DNA of 64,000 nt from Eledone cirrhosa (GCA_964016885.1 OZ024741.1:79546001-79610000), one strand, 5' to 3'; counted from the first letter of the stretch, positions 1 through 14,344 are shown. The notes: a model not told the origin generated them from the sequence alone. Numbers and translations: made by a program.

Positions 1-1475
1 AGTGAAGAGTTTAGCGTAAAAGTTGGTGTCCATCAGGGCTCTGTTCTCAGCCCCCTACTATTTATTATTGCCCTTCAGGCTATAACAGAGGAGTTCAAGA
101 CCGGCTGCCCATGGGAACTCCTATACACAGACGACCTGACACTCATAGCTGAATCAATGGCCAAGCTAGAGAAGAAATTCCAAACATGGAAGCACGGCCT
201 AGAATCAAAAGGCCTTAAAATTAACCTGGCTAAGACTAAAGTTCTAGTTTGTAGGAAAGAAAATAAGGCGGCGGTCCCTTCCGGGAAATGGCCATGCTCG
301 GTGTGTAGGAAAGGCGTAGGTAGAAACTCCATTTTATGTCCCAAATGCAAAGTATGGGTGCATAAAAGATGTAGTGGGATCACAGGTAAGCTAACTAAGA
401 ACTTAGATTTTACATGTGGGCGGTGCTCTGGTGCAATAAGTAGCAGCGAGTGCCCACAAAATACTAACTCTTTCAATTGCGCAGAGGGCTCTATAGAAAT
501 AGTGGACAGCTTCCGTTACCTGGGTGACAAAATCAGCAGTGGGGGAGGGTGCTCCGAAAGTACAGTAGCTAGAGTCAGAACTGGATGGAAAAAGTTCAGA
601 GAGCTTATACCACTATTAGCCGCTAAAGGGTTCTCCCTAAAAATGAAAGGCAGGTTGTATGATGCCTGCATACGAACAGCAATGTTACATGGCAGTGAGA
701 CCTGGGCATTGTGCGCAGAGGATATACGCAGACTAGAGAGGAACGAAGCTTGCATGCTCCGCTGGATGTGTAATAGTAATATACGTGAACGGCAAAGCAT
801 AAACGAACTAAGGAAAAAATTAGAAATAAGAGGGATCAGATGTTGTTTACTCGAGAGAAGGCTACGTTGGTACGGACACGTGATGCGCATGAAAGTCGAT
901 AGCTGTATAACAAAGTGCAGGGCAATAAAGATAGACGGTAGCCACGGAATAGGCAGACCTAGAAAATCCTGGGACGAGCTGATAAACTCCGACATCACAC
1001 ACTTACACCTCTCCAAGACAATGTCACTGGACCGAGACCTTTGGCGGCACTCAGTAATAGAGAAGACCCGCCTTACCTAAATACATAGTAAAACCTACTA
1101 CAGCCAGTAGGCATCTCTAACAAAATACACCCCCGTCCCACCACCCACACCCCCATCCACACCACCCCCTCCTATGTAAAGTTATGTTGGTGCCACAACA
1201 TCCAGGCCGAAACAAATGAGATCGTGTAGGTGTCACGACAAAAAAACACACAGTCCACGCTGTAATGTGGCCGTGTAGGCAACACGGTAAAAACCTCCCA
1301 GTCCCACACTGTAAATGTGGTTGGTGTTAGGAAGGGCATCCAACTGTATTAAACCTGCCAGACAGTCCTATGCGAGCAAGACAATCACTCTTGCCTCAAG
1401 TGGGAATACCCCCGTCCAAATCCTTGCAAGCGTGGAACACGGACGTTAAACGTTGATGATGATGATGATGATGAT
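1..1475 (+). mobile_element. RTE-clade LINE, 3' part (RT C-terminus with PHD-like finger, 3'UTR, (GAT)n tail); runs off the left edge
   Basis: Frame reads VGVHQGSVLSPLLF..ELLYTDD (YADD altered), then ORF 157-1080 with FRYLG, LHGSETW, RLRWYGHVMRM, GRPRKSW motifs; ends GGACGTTAAAC..(GAT)n. Confidence 0.95.
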
Positions 1476-1562
1476 ATATATATCGAGCGCTTGCCACACA
1501 TCCTGGAAGTTGTTTTTCGTTAATTCCTAAGCCGAAATACGATTCTTGCTAATTTATATTTG

Positions 1563-1604
<42 letters not shown>

Positions 1605-2879
1605 TGAGTTGGTAGTAGATTTTATAGAGCATGAGGCAAAAATACATTCTAGTCAGATAGTTTCATGCCCTGAGTTGATGTTGCTTTTTATTTTCCTGAA
1701 GTCAATAAAATAAGTGTCAAAGTACTGGGGTTGATATAACTGACCACACAAACACGTAAAGATGATGCCCCATTATGGTCACTGTCCAAATCAGAGAAAC
1801 CAATAAAAGAATATGAATAAAAAATAAAATAAAATAACCTGACCACTTGCCAAATAGACAGTCAGAATGATTCTTCAATTGTGTAAAAGACACAACCATC
1901 CTAGTATTGGTGATCAACACAATAACCTAATCCAGTACACTCTGTAAAGTGGTAGGTGATAAGAAGAACATTCAGCTGTAGAAAACCTGCCAAACAAAGG
2001 ATCAGGATTTTTCAGTTGTGTCAAGATAAAATGCACCATGATAAAATGCACTTGGTAAAGTACTGGGTCATGTATAAGTGAGGTGCAGGCCCCTAGCCTG
2101 TCAGAGCAATCGATAGAGTGTGGGAATGTATGTAAGAAAGATGCAGGCCCCCGGCCCATCTGAGAGGTCAGTAGCTCTGCTTGAGTACTAACTGATCTGT
2201 GACAAGCTGACTAACCCTTGCTAGCAGGGAAAACTGTAAGGTTTGTTTACTCAATTATAGTAAGTATTTTGTCTGGTGCTATACTTTATGAGTCAAAAGG
2301 CAGATAAAGAAAGGTGAAGAGGATAAATGATATGTAAAATAATATATAGAACATATATAAAACAAATAACATATACATGATGGATAAAATAAAATTACAG
2401 AATAAATATAAACACAAGAAGAAAACAACAATAATATATATATATATCTTTTTACACCATCATCAGGTAACATCTGCTTTCAGGAAATAGAATACCAAGG
2501 ACCCCTTGAAACTTATGTGCAATTAACTACAATTGTGCACATGGTGGGGCTTTTAATACCTTCCAGAGGTAGGCCATGGCAGGATTTGAACTCAGAATAC
2601 AAAGATCTAGAACAAATACAAGGTATTCCATCCAGCACTCCAATGATTCCACCATTCTACTGCCTTGGATTGTGACTTTATTGATTCCAAAAGAATGAAA
2701 GACAAAACTTAATTTGGTGCTATGTGAGCTTACAAGTCCTTTCAGCCAACACTCAACTGATTTGGTCAATTTGCTACCAGGAAGTGAAAAATTCTTTAAT
2801 CCTCTCACCACTTTCCTTGTGAATCTCTAAAAACAGATACTCTTGCCCTATCTAAGTTCCATGAACTAACACAGGAACC

Positions 2880-4120
2880 AAGCAAATGGAAGGAGTGAGA
2901 TAATGAAGCAACTACAGAGGTATCAAACTGCTGGACCAAGAAAGGCTTATTGCAAAATTGGTCAGAAGTAGAATTAAAGTAGATGAGATGCAAGGAAAAG
3001 GTACCACTGATGCCATCTTCCTAGTGAGACAACTACAGATTACCTAGCTAGGAATAAGTTGCTATACTTAGCACTTGTTGATCTGGAGAAGGCTTTTGAC
3101 ATGGTCTCACAAGCCATGTAGATGGTCTAGTCAGCTGAGAGTAGGGAATGAATAGTAATGAATTTAGTACGTAGACAGGGACCCATCAAGCCTCAATCCT
3201 AAGTACCCTACTATTTATTTGTCCTTCAGATCATATCAAAGGAGTTTATATTTTGTTGTCAATGGAAACTCCAATATGCAGATGATCTAGTTCTCAAAAC
3301 TGAAACTCCAGAGGAGCTAGAAGAGTAAATACAGATTTAGAAACAAGGCCTGAAAGCAAAATGCTTTAAAGGTGTTAGTAAGTAGGAAGGAAGATAGGAT
3401 CACCCTGAAAGTGGCCCAGTTCAATATGTAGAAAAGGGTAGACAGAGATTCCAAACTCAGTGTAACTTATGAACTCAAAAAATATAGTGGTGTAGGCACA
3501 CTGGTAAGCTTGTTAGACTTTGTTTAGAGTAGATGCATAGGAGCAGTTAGCAGTAAGAACAAACAACTTCCTTCATATGCTCTGAGGGCCTCACTAGAAG
3601 CAGTTGATAGCTTCTGATACCTAGATGATCTTATCAGTAGTGCATCAAAAAACATAGCAGCCAGAATAAGAACAGGGTGGGAAAACATTTTTCTTTCAAA
3701 GTGAAAAGCAGACTATATGATGCTTGTGAACAAACTACAATGGTGCATGGTATTGAATACAAGAAATGTGGCAGCTGGAAAGAAATGAAGAAAGCATGCT
3801 CTACTTGATGTGTAATGTTAGTGTGTATGAATGAAGGAGCTCAGGTGAGTTCAGAGGAAAAATAGGTATAATAGAAATCCAGTTGTGAAACAAAAGAAAA
3901 GATTGTGCTGTTTTTGGACATGTGATGTGCATAGAGGATACCAGTTCTATACCAGTTCTATACCAGTTCTAACTGCTTGTTCATGGAACAATGGAACATG
4001 TAGAAGAGATAGACCTAGAAAGACATAGGATGAAGTAGTGAAAATGGACCTCAAGAAGCTGAACCATATGACAGTAAATCACAAAGAACAAAGATGATTC
4101 ATGACTTGTGGTTCCAAAGA
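2880..4120 (+). mobile_element. Highly decayed RTE LINE fragment
   Basis: Broken frames of TTDAIFLVRQLQ, LALVDLEKAFD, YADDLV, FGHVM, RPRKT; homologous to the RTE at 43080-45258. Confidence 0.85.
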
Positions 4121-4144
4121 AGACCTATCCACTCCGCTGTAAAC

Positions 4145-4340
4145 ATAGTCTTAGTCTTAAATTCTTCCGCGTCGTTCGGCGCATCGAGCAGTAAGTGCTC
4201 GCCAACGGTCACGATCAGCATCAACTTTTTCGAGATCGTGCCAGGTGATGTTGACTGTCATCAGGTCCTTCCGGAACGTTCGTCGCCAGGTGATCCTTGG
4301 GCAACCCGCCTCCGTTTACCACCAGGTGGAGTCCAGTTCA
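4145..4340 (-). mobile_element. 3' end of a different RTE-like LINE family
   Basis: Minus strand reads (with a frameshift) WTPPGGKRRR..PRITWRRTFRKDL..DRDRWRAL..RGRI*, followed by a short CTAAGA repeat tail; CpG-rich. Confidence 0.75.
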
Positions 4341-4904
4341 TTTATTGAAAGTGATAGCTGTAGATTTTTTAGTCTAGTTTTATATATGTGTGTGTGTGTT
4401 GTGCACACATGTGTGTGTTTATTATGTTTAATGCAGTCTAAAAAAAACTGGTGATATTCCTGTAGTATTCTTTTACATTCACTTAGCAGCTCAATAAGTA
4501 AGGATTGATAAAATAAGTACAAGGCATGAATGTGGATCCAAGTAGAGACCCATAGCCACACAGAACTTCAGTATGTAGAGATTACCTTGTGGGCAATGGA
4601 ACGGGACATTAGTTGCATATACAAACAGTAACATTTTCATGATGTTTTTAGCTACACCAGGAGGTTATATGGTTGGGTTTGTATGTATGTTGTCTCAGAT
4701 TATGACATTGGTGGAAACACTTTTGACATTCATGGTGAGCATGTTGCCAACTTTATCTGTTGCATGTAGGATTTCATGGGTTCTTCTGATGATCTTATAC
4801 AATAATGATCTAGTATGTACAACTCAATAATGGTAACCAGTCATTTAGCAATTCTGTAGCTGTGATGTTATTTGCTGGAGAGGGTTGTTATATTTGTGTT
4901 TTAA

Positions 4905-5111
4905 CCCTTTAATGTTCAAACCGGCTAAAACTGGGCAGAATTCTCTACCTTTTTCTGTTGAAACTGGCTGTAACTGGTCATTCAAACTGCTGTTAAGGTA
5001 TTGTTTTCAAAATAAATACTTTCAAAATCTCATAGATTCGATATTATGTGAGGTAAAGCCTTTACCATGAAAATATAATAGTATATATAGAGTAATGTGA
5101 ATGCTAAAGGG
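4905..5111. mobile_element. piggyBac-type MITE
   Basis: TTAA|CCCTTTA...TAAAGGG|TTAA ends; same family at 40778-40995 and 42468-42672. Confidence 0.85.
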
Positions 5112-6019
5112 TTAAGTGTGCCATAGTCGTAGCTAAACCCTCCTTCTATACATATATATGCACAAGCAAACCTATATGTTTATATATGAATTCACAGACA
5201 TCTATTCACAGTGCACATATATATATATATATATATAGTTAGGGAAGCAGAAAATTGCTTATTGTGATCCAGTTCATGGTTAAGAAAGCCAGTTTCATGG
5301 AAGGTTTCAACATACGGTTAGGGGTAACTCCACAAGTTTGTAAGAATTCCGTTCAATCTTGGAGTATAAAGAATAAAAGATAAAACACAGGTAAGCATTA
5401 AGAGAAGGATTTTATCCAGGTATTTACTACCGTTTCATTGGTAAGTGCAACCTTATATTGCTATACTGCAAATAGCAGCCACTCAATTATAATTGTTGTT
5501 CACGTCCAAATTTTCAAAATAGTGAGTAAGTTACTCTTGAAATGGTTCTTAATATATAGAGAAAAACATTTATTTGGAATTGTATTTACTAGTATAGAGA
5601 GAGAGAAAGAGGAATTAGAAAGTGATGGGACAAACGGAATAGTATAGAGAGAGAAGAAGAGGGAGAAGAGTTAGGAAGTAGAGTGACAAACTGAGATGGA
5701 GAGAGGGGTAGAGGTGGAAGGATTCCTTGATTAGTTTTGATACGTAGACTTCATGTCGTCTATTGTAGTGAGTTAAAGAGGATACGTAAAAGCTAGAAAG
5801 AAATGTATGCTGCATGCTCTACTGGATGTGTAACGTTAATATGCAAGAATGAAGAAACCCAGATGAGTTTAGAGAAAATATATATGCATGCATATATAAT
5901 TTTGGACAAAATGCCTTGTGGTATTTGTTTCAGTTCATTATGTTCTGAGTTCAAATCTCCTTGATGTTAAGTAACACACCCCACCATTAAATTTCAGGCC
6001 TTGGACCAAAATAAAGGTT

Positions 6020-6215
6020 TCTGATTTAGGCACAAGGCCAACAATTTTGGGGGAGAAAGATGATTAAATCAACCCCAGTGCATTACTGGTACTTTATTTT
6101 ATCGACCATGTAAAAATGAAAGGCAAAGCTATCTTTGGCAGGATTTGAACTCAGAATGTAAAGGACTGTAACTATATGTTGTCTGACACTCTACTAATAG
6201 TGCCAAACTATTGCC
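6020..6215 (-). mobile_element. tRNA-derived SINE (Meta-domain-like core)
   Basis: Reverse complement of the GAGTTCAAATCC..CTTTGCCTTTCAT..GTCGATAAAATAAAGTACCAG unit found many times in the window. Confidence 0.8.
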
Positions 6216-6224
6216 ATAATAATA

Positions 6225-6470
6225 ATAGAATAGAAAATATGCCAGCAAAAGACTATGAAAAACTTGCAAAATATAAAAATCTAGAAATTGAGATAAACAG
6301 AATGTGGCACCTTAAAACACAAACTATTCCAGTCGTGATAAGAGCTCTAGGTGTCATAAAGATGTTCAACAGTTTCTAGAAACCTGGTACACCTGGCAAC
6401 TATAAAATCCCAAAGATAGTTTTAACAAGTACCGTGTGCATACTTCAAAAATATTTGTCTTTGTAATATA
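6225..6470 (+). mobile_element. C-terminal restriction-like endonuclease (RLE) fragment of an R2-group/R4-Dong-like non-LTR element
   Basis: EKLAKYKNLEIEINRMWHLKTQTIPVVIRALG..KIVLTSTVCILQK fits the RLE pattern EKxxKYxxL..W..PVVIGALG..KxxLLGTxxILR. Confidence 0.75.
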
Positions 6471-6643
6471 TGTCAACACACAATCTTTTCTTTTTAATGT
6501 TTAGAGGAAATTTAATTGATATTTAATACTATACAAACATCTTTAATGCAAAATTAATTCATATCTTTTATATTCCTTAATACTTCTTTTTATCTCCTCC
6601 TACCTTTCTATATTTATTTTCTCAATTTTTTTAATCTTATTTA

Positions 6644-7760
6644 CGAGAAAGGGCTGTAAAGTTCATAGGTTGATTATAAAGGAATGATGCTAGAGCTGTG
6701 AAATCTTGCATGCATTAATTTCAACTCTTTTTATTAATAAATACATTGTTTCCTTCCAGATAAACTGACATCTGATTGTTTATAGAAGACTTCAAAAGTA
6801 ACTTGTAGTGACTTCTCTTGAAAATGGACAAAATTTGGCATTGTGGTGTTATCAACTACTTGCAAAAAAAGGATTTAGCCCCTAAGGACATTCATGCTGA
6901 CATGGTTTGCTACATAAGGGGATGACACTCCAGCTTTATCAAGAGTGAAAGAGGAGGCAGCTGAATTTAAGAAGTGAAGAGAGAGTCTTGAAAATGACCC
7001 AAGGTCTGAATATCCTGTAACTGCCACTACTGAGGAAAACATCGATTGTGTTCACCACATGTGATGGATAACAGGCAATTGACTATAAATCAAATAGCCA
7101 ATGCTATTAGCATATCATGTGAGAGAGTTGAGAATATTCTTCACAATGAACTTAGCATGATGAAGGTTTCTGCTTGGTAGGTGCCATGTCTTCTAACACC
7201 TGATCAAAAGCACACTAGGCTGATCACATCACAGGAAAATCTGACATTGAGGCAGATCTAGCTGGTTTATTTGAACATTTTCTAACTCAATATGAGTATT
7301 TGTTTCATCACAGCTAGAGTCAAAGAGACAATCCATGGAATGGAAACACCCCTCCTCACCTACTCCAAAGAAGGCCAAAGTCATTTTATCTACAGGGAAG
7401 ATGATGGCCTCAGGTTTTGAGGATGCAAAAGGCATTGTGTTTATTGACTATCTTCCAAAGGGCCACACCATTAATGGAAAGTACTATGCCAACTTACAGA
7501 GGCAGTTACGAAGGCTATCAAGACCAAACGCCCAGGAAAACTGATGAAAGCAGTCTTGTTTCATCAGGACAATGCTCCAGCAGACAAGTCCTTGGTTTCA
7601 ATGGCTGCTGTCCATGACTTTGGCTTTGAATTGGCTGATGACCCTCCCTATTCTCCTGATTTGGCCTCATCTGACTATCACCTGTTCCCAACATGAAAAA
7701 AATACTTGGTTGGGAACCAGTATCGCATTGATGATGACATCATGTCTGCTGATGGTTGGG
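6644..7760 (+). mobile_element. Decayed mariner (DD34D-type) transposon with transposase pseudogene
   Basis: TA|CGAG.. left TIR; ATG at 6824 (MDKIWHCGVI..); broken W*VPCLLT, IVFIDYLPKGHTINGKYY, HQDNAP, PYSPDLASSDYHLFP; right TIR not seen. Confidence 0.92.
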
Positions 7761-10700
7761 TCATGTGTTGAGGAAGGATGAAAGTGACTGAGAGAATGGG
7801 GTGATGAAAATGAATGTGGAAAGAAATAATGGGGAAAATCAAGATATGACTAAAGATCATGTAGGAAAAAATGAAAGCCACTAGGTTGCTGTCAATAAGG
7901 AAAATAGAGAATCTTATCAAGGGACTTGCAAAGCTGACTCATAATTTAGTAGGAAAGGTAGATTTAAAATGCTTGTTGATGATATATATCATCATCATCA
8001 TTTAATGTCTGTGTTCCTTTATAGTAAAGATTGGACAGGTCACCACTGACCAAGTCAGGACTTAATCGGTACTCTTCATCTCTTACATGAACTATTACAA
8101 TATAAACCTATTTTACTCAGAATCTCTGGAGAGCAGGCTTATGTGAACCTCACACACACATACATTTACACACATTTTCTCAAAACTATACAAAAAGAAT
8201 AACCTATGCTGTGGTTTGCAGAATCCATGCCTTGCTTGTATGATCCATATATATTATGCATGCATGTGCACACACACACACATACACCTGACATATGTAT
8301 ATCATATTCATTATTATCATTTTCTATCTGCTTTTCTGTGTTAGTTGGATGAATCTTTACAACCCAAGCCAGATACTCTTTGGAGTTGCTGGCCTTTCAG
8401 ACAGGTTACAGAACTACGTGTTGCTCATCCATGTATGGTTAACTTTGCCTTTCATCCTTACAGGGTTGATAAAATAAAGTACCAGTAATACACTGTATAA
8501 TTGCTGGCCTTGTGCCAAAAGTAGAAACAATTATATTAAGAGTGATACAACTGTAAATCGACATAAAGTTTTGGCAGGGAGTCACTCTGCCTTGTCATAA
8601 GTTGAATTTTGCCCATAAATATATGGGCCGTTGTTTGAAAAATGTCATGCTAAGTAAGATTGGATGAAATTCACAGCTGTCAATTTATGAAAATGTTTTG
8701 CAACCATCATGTTACATGATGCAGAAATTGTCAAAATTAGCTGACATAGAAAATTTGCCAATGTTCTTTATCTGCTAAGTTTTTTTTATATAACTTGGAA
8801 AACTGCAAAAATATACATTTCAACACAGAAAAATTCAAATTAAAATCCAATTTAAATTCAGCTCAAGATTTGGTCTATATAAATCAATAAATATCTAACA
8901 AAGGACATTGTCATTTATCCTGACTTCTTCCTTCTATGCTACCAAAAACAGAGTGCTCAACACATTATGTAAATAAAAACATATTTATATACATTTCGAA
9001 CATGATATAAAGAATTTATAATACAAAAAGTGATACAAATGCAAATCAACAACCAAGACATTAAAATCAACTAAACTTATCAATAGTTATAACAACAGTA
9101 CCACCACTATTACTACCACCACCACCACCACCACCACCACCACCACCAGCAACAACAACAACAACAACAGTACTACCTTATTAGAATGTAAACCTGAGAT
9201 TATTTACAAAGACACATGTTTATAAAAAAATGAGTACAGGGAAAGAAAAGCAGAAGACCTACAATGGAATTCCTCCATCATTATTATCCAATATTCTCTT
9301 TCTTCTTCACTGCTTTACTACAACTGAAGGTGTCATAAGAAATTTAAATGATCATTAAATTCCTTGGAAATCACAGCTTATTTCAGGATTTTTACATGGA
9401 GAAGCACAAAGATTGTAAGCAGATCAGGAGTATATATATTGAGGAATGGTATATTCACATTTCCACCTGTATTTTTTTCTCTCTCATAGCCCCCACACGT
9501 ACTTGCCTGTTCATGACCATAAGATGAGAAACTTGAAACTCGAACTTAGCAGAGCAAGCAAACAAACATTTATTAACTATATAATACTCCTCCTTAACAC
9601 ATTAACACATGCCTTGACTTGTCAAAAGACCTAAGCCATTAATAGTTCCATTATACCTCTCACAGGGCCTGGTAGGAATGGTGGTATCCATTTTCATGGA
9701 GAGAGGAGGTTTTCCACTGAGCTAGTCCAAATGCTTGTAATGAGATGGACATTATCAAAGGAATTGAAAAGCCAAGTAGTGTTGTTAAACTGAGCAACAG
9801 ATTAAGTTTCTCACCTAAGATCAGGAATGGCCCCTTTAACAGGCTTCCACAGAGTTTCTGTTTGCTATATTTCACTCACAAAGCATGGGTTAACCTAAGG
9901 CTATGGCAGAAGACATTTGGCCAAGGTTGTTGTGAAGATAACTTCTAAACTACACTAACATGCCTGTACAGTTACCAGGATACTTGCCAGTTTATTAGTG
10001 TTTCTGGGAGGATCCTTTTATTCTATATTACATCAGTTCACCTAGTTGTAGGGAAGAATAGGTATTACTAGGAATATTATCTGTAACCGATTTGTTATTG
10101 TAGATAGTGTTTACCTTTAGACCATCCTTGAATAAGCAGATTATCTTCAAAGCCATTTCAGCTGTGACCAACCTGTTTTTTCTTTTGTTTTTGTGCAGGA
10201 TTAAATTATCTTTCTTTTTTTTTTTAAAGATGTGATATGAAGACAGTTGACTAGCAGAATCACTAGTGTCAGAAAAATGTCATGTGGTATTTGTTCTGGA
10301 TCTTTGTATTCTGATTTCAAATCCTGTCAAAGTAAACTCTGCCTTTCATGGTCATTATGGAGACTAAGGGGCAGAACACAATACTGGTGATGAAAGTGTT
10401 TAGGGTGCTTGAGTGGAGTTAAACTGAAACCAGCTCACTACAAAGAGCAGAGGCTATTGACATGGCAGAAAGACAAGGCAGCAGTTGGAGTGTGTTTGTG
10501 GGTGACTTCACATCAAACAGTTAAGTGATTTTTCTTTGGATCAAAATTCCTCCAACACCTTCACAGTACCAAGCTAATGACCATTAAACTCTCCTGGCCC
10601 CAATAAACAACTCTATACTGCAAGCGAATAAAATATCCCTTTAACAGCTATTTCAAATATATCTTTCTTGGACATTCTTAGTATTTATAGACAATTTAGT

Positions 10701-12061
10701 CAATGAAGCCAGTTAGAGTTAAAGTGTCTTAGTTCACTTATACAACTTTATACTTGCAAACTAACAAAATATTTCATTAACCCTTTTGATACCAAACAAC
10801 CTGAAATTACCCCTGTTCCTATTATACAAAACTCTGTTTTAAAGTGTTTATATCTATCTAAAAACCTTCCTTTTTTTTGTAAAAACCTTTAATATTTTAA
10901 ACACCAATTTAATGAGAAAGTTAGTTATATTACTAAATCCCACAACATTTTTAATTATGTTCAAAATGATTTGAAAATAATAGGCAGTGGATTTCCTTAA
11001 AAGTGTAGTTATGAAAAGGTTAACAGTTGTAAGACATTTTCTTTCTTCTTCAAAGTGCCTATTGATAGATCAGTCAACAAAGCCTACTGAAGGTCTGTCC
11101 ATATATACATACATATCTCAGTATTGAAAGCTCCTAAAAGACATAATAATTTAAACAATTAAACTGACCACTCATTTTATTAAATAACTATTTAAGCTAC
11201 AACTTCCTTCATCACTGCATGGTACCTACTGACAGCTAGGTCACTTGAACCAGTAAGAGTTAAAACCTGTTTGCCCTTCACCATAGAAAACAATATTGTA
11301 AATTAATGAAAATATTCAATAAACTAAACAATTAATTAGTCCTTATATTTTCTTAATTGGCCCCTTAAGCTGGCATTAGTGTTTAATTGGCAGAAATATT
11401 AGTGTCGAACAAAATGTACTATTTATTCCAACTCTTAACATTCTGAGAACAAATCCTGCCACAATCAGCTTTGCTTTTCATCCTTCCAGGATTAATAAAG
11501 ATCCTGTTTAGAGCAGTCAGTGGACAGGTAGAATTATTAGAGAGATGAACATAATGTCCTGTGCTATTTGTTCCATTTCTTCACATTCTAAGCTCAAATC
11601 CTGCATAGCCTACTTGTTAGGTTGGTCATTTGAAGCATTTAGTAGATTCCACTCTGTTGCAAGCATTTGGGCTAGGTCTTTCATTTTGAGAATATCTTCC
11701 TACCTCATACCAGTTTCGGAGACCATAAAAAAGATATGGGCACTGCCCTTTAAGTGATAAAAAGGAAAATCACATCCTCCTCACTTTGTAACATGTATTG
11801 AGAATTAAGTTGAATAAGGCAGCAATAGTTAAAGTGTCCTGGATTAGAACCGATCCAGTGCTATGAGATATTTATATGAATCTTTGATTCCAATCTCAGC
11901 TGATAGTATGATATTCCTTTAAACAACTTGGTCAGCCATCTCAGATAACCCACTTGAAATTTGACCTGCAAAAATAAGGAAACAAAGAGACTTCCTCCTC
12001 CTCCACAAGAAATGTCCAAAACACATATATAGAAAACTAAATGCAAACATGCTCCACTCAC

Positions 12062-12661
12062 CATTGTGTTTGTGTATAATGGAATCCTGGAAACTATGTA
12101 TAGACACCCCTGGCCAGCCAACCTAGCGACCTCTTGACCACCCCACTGGACGGAATCGGATGCTGAAGCTCTGACCAGTCGTTTACAGTTTGGCTTTGTA
12201 CATAGATAGTCAAACGGAAGGATTTCGCCCTGCTGAAGTCCATAGGGCTTACGAAACAGAGATGAGATTTCGGTTTTAATTTGTTCTTCTGTCCAATAGG
12301 TGGCGATACGTATCTTTTGAACGAGACCCTTCTCGGCTAGTATGCGCCGGGTGTACCTTCTTGGGATTGGTATGGAAGTGATGCAGGTTGGCAGGAGGCA
12401 AACGATCTCCTTTGTACATATCCGCATGCGTGTTCTGCTGTCCGTGAGTGGTGCAAGGGCATGTGTCTGTGCGGTAGCCGTGAGCGGGGCTGCAGCAGAG
12501 TGGACTTGGGACAGAGAAGCAGTTTGGCCATCTACAGGCAGTGAGATTCCTGTTGTCATGCTGGTTGTTGTGGCCAATGTGCTGACAATAGATGTTGCAG
12601 TGACAGCAGCAGCTGCAGCTGCTTGTCTCTGCACTTCCTGCACTATTGATTTCAGTGGAGC
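12062..12661 (-). CDS. Internal coding exon (600 nt, phase 0-0) of an unknown host gene: Ala/Thr-rich linker plus ~116-aa domain, copy B
   Basis: Acceptor tttctttgcag|GCT at 12662/12661, donor ATG|gtgagt at 12062/12061; open frame; 66/116 aa identical, ungapped, to exon 32501-32058. Confidence 0.9.
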
Positions 12662-13395
12662 CTGCAAAGAAACAAATGTAAATAAATGTTAGAAATGTCT
12701 TTATTGTTTATCATAAAGACCAGAGTAATGAATTAATACCAATGTATAAACCCAATATCATTTCCAAGCAAGAATATACACATTCTGTTAATCTATTACT
12801 TGTTTATATTATTTTCAAGCAGGGAAAAGCGAACGTAAAATGATGATGATGATGTATGTTATATATATTATATGATGATGATGATAGTGATGATCACATA
12901 ATATAAATTTATATGCTATTTATTTTATGTATTACTAATCTAAGGCATTGGACTGCAACCATATTAAGGCACCACCTCCAAGGGTTATTTTCAGTCAATT
13001 ATATCAACCCCCAGTACAAATTTCTGTCTGATATGCATTTTTTCAATCTTTATTTATAAAGTGGTTGAGTTGGAAGTCATTAGAGCACTGGATATTTGTC
13101 CTGGGTTTGTGCATTGTAAGTTCAAATCCCACTAAGGTCCACTTTACTTTTCATCCTTCCAGGGTCAATGAAAAGCATACCATTGTAGTGCTTGTATCAT
13201 CCTCTATCCTTCCAGTTGTCACATCCTGGATGTTCCACTGGAGAAAATGAGGGTGGTTGACAGGGTCTGCTCGCAACTGCATGAGCACCTAAACTCTTAG
13301 CAAAAGCATGGTACATACTACCAAGTCATATTCAATTGTGAGTGATGGCTATGAATGTGTATGTATGTATGTATATGTGTGTGTGTGTGCGTGTG

Positions 13396-13428
<33 letters not shown>

Positions 13429-13431
<3 letters not shown>

Positions 13432-13872
13432 CAAGAAACTCACTCTTGCTGTAGTGGAGTCTGTGCTGCTGTACGGGTCTGAGACTTGGACACTGACCAA
13501 GAAACTCACTCAGATGGTGGATGGGTGCTACACGAGAATGCTACAGATGGCTCTGAACATTAATCAGCATACACTGAGGATGAAGAACTCAGAGCTGTAC
13601 AGGAGCCTCCTAAAAGTTAGCTCAAAAGTGACACAGAGGAGACTGAGGTTTAGCTGGACATGCTCACCGGCACCTAGAGTTGACACTGCACTCAGTGCTC
13701 TTGTGGGAGCCCCTGCATGGACACACTGGAAGAGGACGACCGAGGTTAACATATGTTGATGCCCTAAGGACAGAAACTGGTCTCTTGGAGACGCAGGACA
13801 TGGCAGCGATAATGAGGGACAGAGACCGCTGGAGAGAACTCGTCCATGGATCTTGGGAATTTTACTCGCCCT

Positions 13873-13874
<2 letters not shown>
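13429..13874 (+). mobile_element. 5'-truncated RTE-like LINE embedded in (TA)n
   Basis: VESVLLYGSETWTLTK..GCYTRML..RGRPRLTYVD..DRDRWR; stop codon TAG runs straight into (AT)n; (TA)n also on the 5' side. Confidence 0.88.
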
Positions 13875-13933
<59 letters not shown>

Positions 13934-14344
13934 TATAGTATATTCAAATCTTACTTTTTGTTCATGAACAAGGGAGTACTCAATACAGTTTAGTATGTAT
14001 TTTATCTAAACTGAAATCCCTTTTAGCAACTTGAGTTTCATGCCATAGCAATCTTCAGGTGAGGTGAGAATTCCTAAAGATCTTTGTGAAATGCAACTCA
14101 AATTGTGAGAAAGAAAATAAGTTAAAATGATATACATAGATTTAAGAATGAACATATCAACAGATTGGGTAAAGACCCCTTCGGTCACAAATGACTATGG
14201 GATTTGCACCTAGAAAGTTCCTCTCCGAAGCAAAAGTCTGTTGTGGAAGATCAGCAGTCTCCCAAGCATACCAGTCTTCCCTCACCACACCACCAATGTT
14301 GTCCAAGGAAAAGGCAATGGCCAATACAGCTTGGCACCAGTGAT

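Noticed and set aside
75-1016. Antisense ORFs over LINEs (75-476, 516-1016, 27081-27590, 43707-44339, 44379-44825)
   Set aside because: Shadow frames of RT coding sequence.
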